Below are positions 35,931 to 45,302 of a stretch of DNA of 64,000 nt, one piece after another. A program made the position numbers and the translations under genes. The first letter of the stretch is position 1. Every line of letters starts with the position of its first letter. Source of the DNA: an uncultured Eubacteriales bacterium (lineage in GTDB: Bacteria; Bacillota; Clostridia; Lachnospirales; Bianqueaceae); the NCBI GenBank assembly GCA_902493345.1, contig CABUPM010000001.1, positions 14,126 to 78,125 of the forward strand, in the 5' to 3' direction. Under the pieces are notes generated by a model that did not search any database, had not been told where the DNA came from, and saw only the letters and a list, made by a program, of their open reading frames with translations.

Positions 35931-36497
35931 TTATTTTCCTCCCTTCAGTACAGATTCATAATAAGAAAGTGCTGCATTGACACTGCCCGTCACACACCGG
36001 GAAGTGATAGTAGCTCCGGATATCGCGGAGATCTGGCCCTCCGAGGCATCTCCCTTGACAACCGTCAGGACTCCGCTCTTGCCGATAAACTGATCGGTAA
36101 AAGAGGCGTTGGAGGCATTGGCGCCCAATCCTGGTGTCTCAGAATGCTCTACGACACAGACTCCTGTCAGAATTCCCTCAGGGGTCATTCCAACGGCAAT
36201 GATTACGTTTCCGCCATACCCTTTACCGGAAACACGCATGGCATAACCGGAATCACCGGCGGAATACGCTTCCAGAATCGTAGAAGCATACTCTTCCGGT
36301 ACATCCAGAGGCGTCAGGCTTCCGGTATCCACTCCCTCCGGAAGAACTTTTGCGTATGCTGCTTTGTTGGCGGCATCTTTTTTCTCGGCAATCAAATCAC
36401 GTGTGACATAATTGGCTCCGCCCAGGATCAACCCCATGATACCGGAAATGATCAGCAGGATGATACCCAAACGGATCGGAGAATCTTTCTCTTTCAT
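35931..36497 (-). CDS. rnfG: Rnf complex subunit G (FMN-binding)
   Basis: N-terminal TM and the flavinylation motif SGATITSR. Confidence 0.9.
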   Translation of the reverse strand: MKEKDSPIRLGIILLIISGIMGLILGGANYVTRDLIAEKKDAANKAAYAKVLPEGVDTGSLTPLDVPEEYASTILEAYSAGDSGYAMRVSGKGYGGNVIIAVGMTPEGILTGVCVVEHSETPGLGANASNASFTDQFIGKSGVLTVVKGDASEGQISAISGATITSRCVTGSVNAALSYYESVLKGGK

Positions 36498-37423
36498 CGA
36501 GACTTCACCTCCCCATAGATTTTAGGCATGGTTACCCGATCAATTAACGGTACACAGATGTTCATTAACAGAATGGAGAAAGAAACACCTTCCGGATATC
36601 CGCCGTATGCGCGGATGATGGCGGTCAGAAGGCCGCATCCGACACCCATCACAAGTCTCCCCTTTCTCGTCATGGGAGAGGTCGTATAATCCGTTGCCAT
36701 GAAGAAAGCGCCCAGCATAAGGCCGCCGTTCATGATCTCATAGAGTCCGTCATGTCCGAAAAGATAGGCCAATACGAAGACAACGGCGATATAAGATACA
36801 GGCAGGACCCAGTCAATGATGCCTCGGGCGATCAGATAGATTCCGCCCAAAAGGAGCAAAATCGCTGAAGTCTCGCCCAGACTGCCGGAAACCGTACCCA
36901 GGATGCAGTCGGTCAATGCCGGAAGCTCTCCTCCGGTCTTGATCAGCGTCATAGGCGTTGCGGATGAGACTCCCTGAACCGTAAAATTGGTCATTGCGGA
37001 GGACCAGGCGATCAGCATGAAACAGCGGGCCGAAAGAGCCGGGTTCATGAAGTTCTGCCCAATGCCGCCGAAGATCTGTTTTACCAGGATGATGGCAAAA
37101 ACAGAGCCGATGGCTGCCATCCTCAGAGGAATCGAGGCCGGCAGGTTCATTGCCAGTAAAAGGCCGGTTACCAGAGCGCTGCAGTCACGAACGGTAATCT
37201 TCTGATGCGTACATTTTTCCCAGAGATATTCGGACAGAAGACAGACAGCCATACATACGCCGATGACCAGAAGGACGCGGATACCAAAATAAAATACAGA
37301 GAAGATTGCCGCCGGGGCCAGTGCCAAAAGGACCTCGCACATGATCGATCCGGTGGAATGCCTGGCATGAATATGGGGCGATACCGATAGATGAAATAAG
37401 ATTTTTTCCTGTTCGTCAGCCAT
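36494..37423 (-). CDS. rnfD: Rnf complex subunit D
   Basis: Polytopic NqrB/RnfD family with SSATPMT. ATG 37423 (MADEQEK) chosen; the ORF-track start 37477 would overlap rnfC. Confidence 0.9.
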   Translation of the reverse strand: MADEQEKILFHLSVSPHIHARHSTGSIMCEVLLALAPAAIFSVFYFGIRVLLVIGVCMAVCLLSEYLWEKCTHQKITVRDCSALVTGLLLAMNLPASIPLRMAAIGSVFAIILVKQIFGGIGQNFMNPALSARCFMLIAWSSAMTNFTVQGVSSATPMTLIKTGGELPALTDCILGTVSGSLGETSAILLLLGGIYLIARGIIDWVLPVSYIAVVFVLAYLFGHDGLYEIMNGGLMLGAFFMATDYTTSPMTRKGRLVMGVGCGLLTAIIRAYGGYPEGVSFSILLMNICVPLIDRVTMPKIYGEVKSR

Positions 37424-37430
37424 GGTATCC

Positions 37431-38798
37431 TCACTTTCCGGCAGCAGCCTGCGCCGCCGCCTTTTTACGCTGGGCACTGATGATCTTTTTGCCCGCCTTA
37501 AAGCTTTGCGTCAAATGACGTTTGGCAGGACAGATATAAGCACAGGAGCCGCATTCCATACAGTCCATACCATGATATTTCTCAAAAGAAGCCCAGTCCC
37601 TTTCCAACGCGAATTGATTCAGCATCATGGGCATCAGATGGATCGGACATGCCGCGACACATTTACCGCAGCGAATACATGCTGTCTCCTCCAGCACAGC
37701 ATCCTGGTGTTCATCAAACAGCAGAATGCCAGAGGTCCCTTTGACAACGGGAACATCCAGAGAGAACAAGGCTGTACCCATCATTGGTCCGCCGCAGATG
37801 ACCTTAGAGGGCGTACATGTCAATCCTCCGGCTGCCTCGATCAGCTCACGTACATTGGTTCCGATACGTACCTTAAAGGTGGTCGCGTGAGCGATGGCTC
37901 CGCCGGCAATGGTAATAATCCGCCGCATCAGAGGACGTCCCTCCAGCAGGGCGCGGTAGATCGCAACAATCGTATCTGCATTATGTACGATACATCCGGC
38001 ATCCGCGGGTAGTCCGCCGGAGGGAACCTCACGGCCGGTTACAGCGTTGATGAGCTGCTTTTCGCCTCCCTGCGGGTATTTGGTCTTGAGCGGAACAACT
38101 GTGATCCTCTCCTCTTCCGTCGTCAAAAGCTTCATTAACGAGAGCGCCGTGGGTTTATTGTTTTCAATAGCGATATACCCATGGGCTTCAGGAAACATAT
38201 GCAGGATGATTTTGAGCCCTTCTACAACCTTTTTGGGTTCTTCGATCAAAAGACGAAAATCCGAAGAGAGAAATGGTTCGCATTCCGCGCCGTTTACAAT
38301 GATCGTATCGATCTTCTTGTCCGGAGACGGAGACAGCTTGACATGTGCCGGGAAACCGGCGCCACCCATACCGACGATTCCGGCTTCCCGGATCACCGTC
38401 AGAATCTCCTGATTGGTCATGTGTTCATAGTCGTACCGCTGATGCATTCCCTCGATCTCTTTGTATTGGTGGTCATTCTCTATGATGACGGACAATACCT
38501 TGGAACCATTGGTATGCAGCATGGGCTTTACATCCTTGACTTTGCCGGATACACTGGAATGTATCGGGCTGGATACAAAGCCCTGTGCCTCGCCGATCTT
38601 TTGACCGCGCAGGACATACTCTCCCTTTTTCACAGTCGGCACACAGGGTGCGCCGATATGCTGCACCATAGGAAATACCAGATCCATCTGCGGATCCATG
38701 TACATCCGAATGGAATTGCCTTCCGTGGACTCCTTAAAATCCGGCGGATGGATTCCACCCTTAAAGGTGCGGGGAGCATTGAATATTAGGCCCTTCAT
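37431..38798 (-). CDS. rnfC: Rnf complex subunit C
   Basis: GMGGAGFPAHVKL NADH/FMN site; CIRCGKCVAACP and CMECGSCAYICP clusters. Confidence 0.95.
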   Translation of the reverse strand: MKGLIFNAPRTFKGGIHPPDFKESTEGNSIRMYMDPQMDLVFPMVQHIGAPCVPTVKKGEYVLRGQKIGEAQGFVSSPIHSSVSGKVKDVKPMLHTNGSKVLSVIIENDHQYKEIEGMHQRYDYEHMTNQEILTVIREAGIVGMGGAGFPAHVKLSPSPDKKIDTIIVNGAECEPFLSSDFRLLIEEPKKVVEGLKIILHMFPEAHGYIAIENNKPTALSLMKLLTTEEERITVVPLKTKYPQGGEKQLINAVTGREVPSGGLPADAGCIVHNADTIVAIYRALLEGRPLMRRIITIAGGAIAHATTFKVRIGTNVRELIEAAGGLTCTPSKVICGGPMMGTALFSLDVPVVKGTSGILLFDEHQDAVLEETACIRCGKCVAACPIHLMPMMLNQFALERDWASFEKYHGMDCMECGSCAYICPAKRHLTQSFKAGKKIISAQRKKAAAQAAAGK

Positions 38799-38853
38799 AC
38801 TTCTTACCCCCTATAGAATTATAATGGAAAATAATAAGATACCTCTAATCCTT

Positions 38854-38882
38854 AGTATATCATAATGATTAATATTTTTCAA
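38854..38882 (-). promoter_or_regulatory. Sigma-A-type promoter for rnfCDGEAB
   Basis: Minus strand TTGAAA-17 nt-TATACT (TGa extended), about 55 nt upstream of the rnfC ATG. Confidence 0.6.
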
Positions 38883-38962
38883 TTAGAATTAAAAAAACTG
38901 TATATTTTTTCTATAATTTTCAATACTATAGTAGGAATCTCATAAAAAGGAGGAGATCTGTC

Positions 38963-39166
38963 ATGAAGAAAACATTGGATGTCATCTGTCTGATTCTGGT
39001 GATCATCGGTGCGGTCAACTGGGGATTGGTCGGTTTTTTTGCCTGGAATCTGGTTGAGGCACTCTTCGGCTTTACATGGCTGACAAGGATTATTTATGCG
39101 TTAGTCGGCTTGGCTGGTTTGTATTGTCTTACGATGTTTACCAGATTGGACTCCATGTCCGAATAA
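38963..39166 (+). CDS. DUF378-like small membrane protein
   Basis: 67 aa; IIGAVNWGLVGFF...LVGLAGLY is the typical DUF378 pattern. Strong RBS AAGGAGGAG. Confidence 0.75.
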   Translation: MKKTLDVICLILVIIGAVNWGLVGFFAWNLVEALFGFTWLTRIIYALVGLAGLYCLTMFTRLDSMSE

Positions 39167-39308
39167 AGGATAGATACAGAGCTGCCTGAGAGCAGCTCCT
39201 TACATAAATAATTTTTCAAAAAGAAAAAAAGGATAATGAAAGAGGATGTCGAATAAGACAGACAAGAGTGAGTTCTACCTAACACTATCCATCAAGGAGG
39301 AATTTATC

Positions 39309-39722
39309 ATGATACAGATTATTGCAGGACTTCAAGGTGCAGGTAAGACCAAAAGCCTGATCGACCTTGCTAACAATGAGACCAAGACCACACAGGGACA
39401 TATCGTATATGTAGACGCGGACCATAGTCATATTTTGCAGCTCAGCCACAAAATCCGCCTGATCAAGACGGATGAATATCCTTTGGATACATCGGCTGAG
39501 TTTTTTGGTTTTGTGTGCGGTATTCTCTCTCAGGACTATGATATCTGCACCGTTTATATTGACGGCCTGCTGAAGAACGCCAAGGCCGATACTGCTTCTG
39601 TTGCAGAGCTGGTACATAAGGTGGAAGCGGTTGCGGGCAAGATGAATGTGAACTTTATCATCAGCATGTGCTGTGATCCTGCGGATCTGCCGGAGTCCGT
39701 ACAGAAGCTTCTGGTAAAGTAA
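39309..39722 (+). CDS. Minimal P-loop NTPase-like protein (137 aa), unknown function
   Basis: ATG 39309 after AAGGAGG. Walker A GLQGAGKT near the N-terminus and a Walker-B-like CTVYIDGL. No further domain. Confidence 0.6.
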   Translation: MIQIIAGLQGAGKTKSLIDLANNETKTTQGHIVYVDADHSHILQLSHKIRLIKTDEYPLDTSAEFFGFVCGILSQDYDICTVYIDGLLKNAKADTASVAELVHKVEAVAGKMNVNFIISMCCDPADLPESVQKLLVK

Positions 39723-39741
39723 TTACTTTTTATGAATCAGT

Positions 39742-39765
39742 AAAGCCCTCCTTATGGAGGGCTTT
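39742..39765 (+). terminator. Terminator after the P-loop gene
   Basis: AAAGCCCTCC-TTAT-GGAGGGCTTT followed by TGAT. Confidence 0.7.
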
Positions 39766-39782
39766 TGATATAGAATAGAAAT

Positions 39783-39804
39783 GGCGTAGGATTTCTCCTA
39801 CGCC
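39783..39804. terminator. Hairpin terminating convergent pepD
   Basis: GGCGTAGGA-TTTC-TCCTACGCC with U-rich flanks on both strands. Confidence 0.55.
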
Positions 39805-39810
39805 TGATTT

Positions 39811-41267
39811 TTATACTTCAGCTAAGACACGAAGCAGGAATTCCCAACTCCGCTCCACCGACGGAATGTTTAACTTCTCGTCCGGCGAGTGAATGCCCTG
39901 CATATCGGGACCGATGGAAACCATGTCCATATCCGGAACCGCTTCGGCAAAAATACCGCATTCCAGTCCGGCATGCAGAATAAGGATTTCCGGATCGTGC
40001 CCGTACATCTTGTGATAGATCTCAGCCATCTGAGAACGCAGAGGCGATTCAGCACGATAATTCCATGCCGGATACTGTCCGCTCGCCTGACAATCCATGC
40101 CGCTCATCTCAGCCATCAGATGCAGCCGATTGACCATGGTCGGCAGCAGGCTGTCCAAATTGCTGCGCAAAGAAATTCTGGCACTCCACACATCCTCTTC
40201 TGTATGCAGAACGGCCAGATTCTGAGAGCTTTCTACCATACCGGTCAGCTCCTGGCTCATACTGCGTACACCTGTGGGACAGAGATGCAAATCGCTTCTC
40301 CCGTAAGGGTCGCGTTCATGGGGAACCATTCCCAGCCGGGTTCCGTCATGGGATCGGCGCGGCGCATTGTAATCAGCGCGCCGGGATCACTTTCGGCATA
40401 CTCTTTGGCCAGATCCTCCCCAAACCACCAGCAGCCCCGCTCTGCCTGATCCAGCATATTGGCCGGAATCCACATCTTGGCACAGGCCTCTCGGGGAATC
40501 GCGTTGTCCTTGGAGCCGCCGTCCAGCGATACCAGACGGGTATTGGGACAATAATTATACCATCCGAGGAGATACTCTCCCAGGATTGCGTTGGCATTCC
40601 CGCGGTGCTTATTGATATCCTCTCCAGAATGCCCTCCGATAAAACCGGTGGTCTTAACCTCCAGGGGAATGAAACCGGCAGGAGCAGCTGCTCTGTCCAG
40701 TGTATGCGTCACTTCGACCTTCAGGCCCCCGGCTCCGCCGGCAATGAATACGCCCTCTTCTTCAGAATCAAGATTGATCATACGTTTGGAACGTAAGCTG
40801 CTCTTGTCCAAATTCTTGGCGCCGTCCATACCGGTCTCCTCGGATACTGTCATCAGAAGCTCCAAAGCGGGATGGGATACAGAAGGATCTTCCATCAGCG
40901 TCATCATATAAGCGATAGCGATTCCGTCATCTCCGCCCAGGGTCGTTCCCTGAGCCATCAGCCAGTCGCCTTCACGGCGAAGCTGAATCGGATCTTTCAG
41001 AAAATCATGCAGAACATCGGCATTTTTCTCGCAGACCATATCCATATGTCCTTGCAGAATCAGAGAAGGCTCTGCTTCACGCCCCGTTGAGGCGGGGATC
41101 CGGACCAGTACATTGAGGGCTTCATCCTGCACTGCCTCGTAGCCACGCTCCAATGCAAACTGGTACAGATAATCGCTGATTGCCTTCTCATGGTAGGATC
41201 CATGAGGAATTGCACAAATCCTTGCGAAATTTTCAAATACATTCTGATATTTGCAGTTTTCAAACAT
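39811..41267 (-). pseudogene. pepD: Aminoacyl-histidine dipeptidase PepD (M20 family), split by a -1 frame change
   Basis: ORF 40257..41285 holds the N-terminal two thirds (HGSYHE, GHMDMV, GGDDGIA, EETGMDGA). ORF 39811..40329 holds the C-terminal third (GMVESSQNLAV..., ILHAGLECG, MVSIGPDMQGIHSPDE). Adding one G to the G4 run 40320-40323 restores a 485-aa protein. Start taken at ATG 41267. Confidence 0.85.
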
Positions 41268-42288
41268 AGTCTTCACCTTGCTCACAATAGATTGAAACCA
41301 TTGCCGGAAACGTCTTTTTTAATATAACAGCAAAATCTTCAGGAAGCGGAGCCTGGAAGGTTCGGTTCTCCAGGTATTTCAGCGGTTCCTGAAGCTGTTT
41401 TGGCTGAAAACGCCAGGCATGCAGCAGCTGATGCGTATTTTTCTCTTTTTGCATCGCCTTACAGTATTTGTGATCCCCGATGATCGGAAAGCCTTCCGAC
41501 GCGAGTTGAGCACGCAGCTGATGGCTTTTTCCGGTAATCAGATGCAGCTCAAAGAAAGTCATATGATTCTGTTTGGAAACGCCAAGCACTTTGACTCTGC
41601 AAACAGCTTGCTCTTCAAAATGAGTATCTTGAACAGTCTGCGGTCCGACGTAAATCCGGCGCAGTGTAACCCGGTTCTGACGGGCATCCTTATGCCATTC
41701 GTGACGCAGCCACATTTCTTTTTTCCAGGGACATACGCCCTGACATATGGCAAGATAGGTCTTCTCACTCTCGTGCTCCCGGATGGATGCCGTTAAGGAC
41801 TGCAGCGCGCCTAACGTCTTACCTGCTACGACAATTCCGGAGGTGCCTCGGTCCAGCCGATTGCATAATCCGGGACGAAAGGTTCCGCGCCATCCTTCCT
41901 CGGGCTGCAGATACTCCAGAAGATACTCGGATAAGGAATAACTCTCAGGGGTATCTTTTTGGGACAGGACACCGGCCGGCTTGTTGAGAATCAGAACCTG
42001 CTCATCTTCATAGAGTACCGGAACCTGAATCTTCGGCTGCGCCTTTGGAATGACAGGCGAGGCTGAACGATATCCCAGTTCTGCAAGTCTTTCTTCTGAA
42101 AAGTAGATCTGAACCGTATCATTGGCCATGAGCTTGGTCCCGGCTTCGGCACGAAGGTTGTTGACTTTTATCTGCTTAGTGCGCAATGCCTTGTATATAA
42201 GGCTTCCGGGCGCCTTAGGAAGCATTTTCATAAGAAAACGATCCGTCCGGCGCCCTTCTTCCTTATTAGTAACGATGCATTCCAGCAT
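41260..42288 (-). CDS. RluA-family pseudouridine synthase with N-terminal S4 domain
   Basis: S4-like RTDRFLMK..., catalytic HRLD-type motif as CNRLDRGTSGIVV, and KTYLAI. Confidence 0.85.
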   Translation of the reverse strand: MLECIVTNKEEGRRTDRFLMKMLPKAPGSLIYKALRTKQIKVNNLRAEAGTKLMANDTVQIYFSEERLAELGYRSASPVIPKAQPKIQVPVLYEDEQVLILNKPAGVLSQKDTPESYSLSEYLLEYLQPEEGWRGTFRPGLCNRLDRGTSGIVVAGKTLGALQSLTASIREHESEKTYLAICQGVCPWKKEMWLRHEWHKDARQNRVTLRRIYVGPQTVQDTHFEEQAVCRVKVLGVSKQNHMTFFELHLITGKSHQLRAQLASEGFPIIGDHKYCKAMQKEKNTHQLLHAWRFQPKQLQEPLKYLENRTFQAPLPEDFAVILKKTFPAMVSIYCEQGEDYV

Positions 42289-43685
42289 TACAGCTCAATA
42301 CCGAAATACTCTACTGCGTTATAATAGCTGATGCCCTCTACGATCTTCTTGAGCATCTCTTCATCGTTGGGGTATTCACCATTCTCTACCCACTCACCAA
42401 TCAGGTTGCAGGCGATACGGCGGAAATACTCATGACGGAAATAAGACAGGAAGCTTCTGGAGTCAGTCAGCATGCCTACGAACTTGCCCAGAACGCCGAC
42501 ATTGGCAACCGCACGCATCTGAGCGGTCATGCCGTCAATGTGATCATTGAACCACCAAGCAGAACCAAGCTGAATCTTACCGGGTACACCGCCCTGGAAG
42601 CAGCCGCCGACAGTCATCAGAGTATAATTATCATTCGGATTCAGGCTGTACAGGATTGTCTTGGGCAGCTGATCTGCTTCTGCACAAGCATTGAGCAGGC
42701 CGGCCAGACCCTTAGCCAGATGTACATCCAGAATCGCGTCATTACCTACATCCGGACCCAGAGAACGATACAGACGCTTATTGTTGTCACGGATAGAAGC
42801 CAGATGCCACTGCATTACCCAGTTGCGCTTGCTGTACTCCGCTGCCAGGAACTGAATGATATAGGTACGGAACTGATCTCTCTCAACAGGAGTGATCGGC
42901 TGAGACAGAAGAGCCTTAGCCAGAACAGCGTTTACCTCAGCTTCGGTTGCCGGTACAAACGGAACATAGTCCAGCGCGTGGTCAGAGATCCGGCTGCCAT
43001 TCTCATGGAAGAACTGAATTCTCTGCTCCAGAGCCTTCTTGACATCCGCAACCGTAACGATCGGGAATCCGCAAACCTCTCCCAGCTTACCCATGTACTC
43101 TGCGAAGTCGGCTCTTGCGGGATCCACAGCCTTGTCCGGACGGAATGCCGGTACAACCTTGGTCTTCATAGCGCCTTCCTCACGGATCAGCTTATGATAC
43201 TCCAGAGAATCGATCGGGTCATCCGTAGTCGCAACCAGCGCGACATTGGACATCTCGATCAGCTTACGGCAAGGCAGATTCTTAAGCGCGGCATTGGCCT
43301 TCTCCCAGATGATAGGAGCGGTCTTCTCGCTCAGGGTCTCTTCTACGCCGAAGTATCTCTTCAGTTCCAGATGAGACCAGTGGTACAGCGGGTTGCCGAT
43401 AGAATAGGACAGCGCCTTTGCATATGCTTCAAACTTCTCATAGTCAGTAGAATCGCCGGTGATATACTTCTCATCGATACCAACGGCACGCATGATTCTC
43501 CACTTATAATGATCCCCGTAAAGCCATACCTGAGTGATATTCTCATAGCTCTTATTTTCCCAGATTTCTTTGGGGCTGATATGACAATGGTAGTCATAAA
43601 TCGGAAGACTCTCCGCATAGTCGTGGAACAGATGCTTTGCGGTCTCGGTCTTCAGCAGAAAATCTTCATTCATAAATTGCTGCAT
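42288..43685 (-). CDS. uxaC: Glucuronate isomerase
   Basis: MQQFMNEDFLL...PIYDYHCHISPKEI...WLYGDHYKWR canonical UxaC. ATG 43685 chosen; the ORF-track start 43772 is rejected. Confidence 0.95.
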   Translation of the reverse strand: MQQFMNEDFLLKTETAKHLFHDYAESLPIYDYHCHISPKEIWENKSYENITQVWLYGDHYKWRIMRAVGIDEKYITGDSTDYEKFEAYAKALSYSIGNPLYHWSHLELKRYFGVEETLSEKTAPIIWEKANAALKNLPCRKLIEMSNVALVATTDDPIDSLEYHKLIREEGAMKTKVVPAFRPDKAVDPARADFAEYMGKLGEVCGFPIVTVADVKKALEQRIQFFHENGSRISDHALDYVPFVPATEAEVNAVLAKALLSQPITPVERDQFRTYIIQFLAAEYSKRNWVMQWHLASIRDNNKRLYRSLGPDVGNDAILDVHLAKGLAGLLNACAEADQLPKTILYSLNPNDNYTLMTVGGCFQGGVPGKIQLGSAWWFNDHIDGMTAQMRAVANVGVLGKFVGMLTDSRSFLSYFRHEYFRRIACNLIGEWVENGEYPNDEEMLKKIVEGISYYNAVEYFGIEL

Positions 43686-43718
43686 AATAATTACCTTTCC
43701 TTTCCATGGATTTGCTTC

Positions 43719-43747
43719 ATTATACCACATCCTTTTCTTAAAATCAA
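43719..43747 (-). promoter_or_regulatory. Sigma-A-type promoter for uxaC-rluA-pepD
   Basis: Minus strand TTGATT-17 nt-TATAAT (TGg extended). Confidence 0.6.
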
Positions 43748-43765
43748 GAAATCTATAAAAAGTGC

Positions 43766-43794
43766 TTGACATTTTGAAGAAAATATTATATGAT
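43766..43794 (+). promoter_or_regulatory. Sigma-A-type promoter for tRNA-Thr
   Basis: TTGACA-17 nt-TATGAT, about 33 nt upstream of the tRNA 5' end. Confidence 0.65.
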
Positions 43795-43827
43795 ATTATT
43801 CGTTCGGATTACATAAGATCCAAACGT

Positions 43828-43900
43828 GCTACTGTGGCTCAGCAGGTAGAGCGACGCACTCGTAATGCGTAGGTCACCGGTTCGAATCCGGTCAGTAGCT
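43828..43900 (+). tRNA. tRNA-Thr (anticodon CGU)
   Basis: Hand-folded cloverleaf: acceptor GCTACTG/CAGTAGC, D stem GCTC/GAGC, anticodon stem ACGCA/TGCGT with loop CTCGTAA, T stem ACCGG/CCGGT with TTCGAAT. 73 nt, no encoded CCA. Confidence 0.9.
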
Positions 43901-43904
43901 TTAC

Positions 43905-43929
43905 AGCAGATTTTGATCTGCTTTTTTTA
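43905..43929 (+). terminator. Terminator after tRNA-Thr
   Basis: AGCAGAT-TTTG-ATCTGCT followed by TTTTTTT. Confidence 0.8.
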
Positions 43930-43958
43930 TTATATATACATAGAAAACGGAGGGCTCT

Positions 43959-45302
43959 ATGGCACATGTTAAGGATATGACAGTCGGCAGTCCTGCCCGG
44001 CTGATCGCCTCTTTTGCGCTGCCCCTGATGCTGGGAAATATATTTCAGCAGATGTATACCATGGTGGACACGATGGTTGTCGGACAGGGAGTTGGCGTTG
44101 AAGCTTTGGCTTCTCTCGGCAGCGCGGACTGGCCCAATTGGCTGGTATTGGGCGTTATTACAGGTTTTACACAGGGATTTTCACTGCTGTGTTCTCAGCG
44201 CTTCGGCGCCGGAGATATGGATGGGCTCCATCGGGGAATCGCCCACTCGCTGGTTCTTTCTGCAATCGCGGGCATCTTGCTGACGATTCTTGGTGTTCTT
44301 CTCGTCCGTCCTCTGCTGCTTCTGTTGGATACACCGGAGAATGTTATGGATGGGGCGGCAATGTATATGACGATTTGCTTTGCCGGAATCCCCATTATTA
44401 CATCGTATAATTTCTGCGCGGCGATCCTTCGATCTCTGGGCGACAGCAGAACCCCGCTGTATGCTATGATTGTAGCATGTATTACGAACATCATCCTGGA
44501 TCTTCTGTTTGTTATGGTCTTTCGTTGGGGAATCGCCGGAGCGGCGATCGCGACGGTGACTGCCCAGGGAGTGTCCTTCCTCTTCTCTTTTCGGATTCTG
44601 CGAAGGCTCCCGCAGCTTGCCCTAAAAAAGGAAGATTTTATCCTGCGTGCTCCTCTGGTAAAAGAACTCTTGATTCTGGCATCTCCCATGGCTTTTCAGA
44701 ATTTTATCATTGCCGCGGGAGGACTGGTTGTACAATATGTCGTGAATGGCTTTGGCTTTCTGTTTGTTGCTGGTTATACAGCCACCAATAAGCTGTATGG
44801 ATTGCTGGAGATCGCGGCTACTTCCTTTGGATTTTCCATGGCGACCTATACGGGACAGAATCTTGGAGGCGGAAAACCGGAGCGAATCCGTGAAGGCATG
44901 AGAAAAGGACTTGTCATGGCGATTTCGATTGCGGCGGTTATTGCCCTCTCTATGGTCTTTCTGGGAAAATTCTTTTTGATGCTTTTCATCTCCGGGGCTG
45001 CGGAGGAAACGGCACAGGTTCTGAATTTCTCTTATACATTTTTGCTGTTTATGTCCGGAGGTCTTCCGGTACTCTATATGCTCTATATGTACCGCTCTGC
45101 CCTGCAGGGCATGGGCGATACGGTGGTTCCGATGCTCTCCGGCGTTGTAGAGCTGGTTATGAGAATCTCTGCGGTTCTGATCCTTCCGTATTTTGTGGCA
45201 GAATACGGCGTCTACATCGCGGAGGTTGCGGCCTGGACGGGAGCGGCCCTTCTTCTTGGCATCATGTATTATGTGCGGTTGGGACGGCTGCTGAAGGCAT
45301 AG
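43959..45302 (+). CDS. MATE-family efflux transporter
   Basis: 447 aa, 12 TM. N-terminal ...PLMLGNIFQQMYTMVDTMVVGQ typical of MATE. Confidence 0.85.
   Translation: MAHVKDMTVGSPARLIASFALPLMLGNIFQQMYTMVDTMVVGQGVGVEALASLGSADWPNWLVLGVITGFTQGFSLLCSQRFGAGDMDGLHRGIAHSLVLSAIAGILLTILGVLLVRPLLLLLDTPENVMDGAAMYMTICFAGIPIITSYNFCAAILRSLGDSRTPLYAMIVACITNIILDLLFVMVFRWGIAGAAIATVTAQGVSFLFSFRILRRLPQLALKKEDFILRAPLVKELLILASPMAFQNFIIAAGGLVVQYVVNGFGFLFVAGYTATNKLYGLLEIAATSFGFSMATYTGQNLGGGKPERIREGMRKGLVMAISIAAVIALSMVFLGKFFLMLFISGAAEETAQVLNFSYTFLLFMSGGLPVLYMLYMYRSALQGMGDTVVPMLSGVVELVMRISAVLILPYFVAEYGVYIAEVAAWTGAALLLGIMYYVRLGRLLKA

Noticed and set aside
42432-43769. 445-aa + strand ORF opposite uxaC. Similar long shadows lie opposite other genes: 1242..2360 (GltD-like), 12594..13544 (prs), 20672..21601 (obg), 53960..55033 (hydrolase), 58318..59400 (glyA), and 62255..63154 plus 63158..63988 (propeller gene)
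   Set aside because: In every case the opposite strand encodes a protein with clear family motifs. The shadows lack RBSs and recognisable motifs. Long antisense ORFs are expected from codon bias in such genes.
43828-43900. tRNA-Thr as an integration hotspot with an adjacent island
   Set aside because: Both flanks (uxaC operon, MATE, HAD) look like ordinary chromosomal genes. There is no integrase, no duplicated tRNA 3' end and no visible change in composition.
45262-45302. 41-nt convergent overlap of MATE and HAD gene ends, and 49-nt same-strand overlap of VanZ with the deacetylase start (51446..51494), as signs of further frameshifts
   Set aside because: Both partners keep family-typical termini (FPGGRHKVLTMSYDDG for the deacetylase N-terminus; complete HAD motif IV). 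No alternative-frame homology was seen. They are treated as genuine overlaps or slightly long tails.
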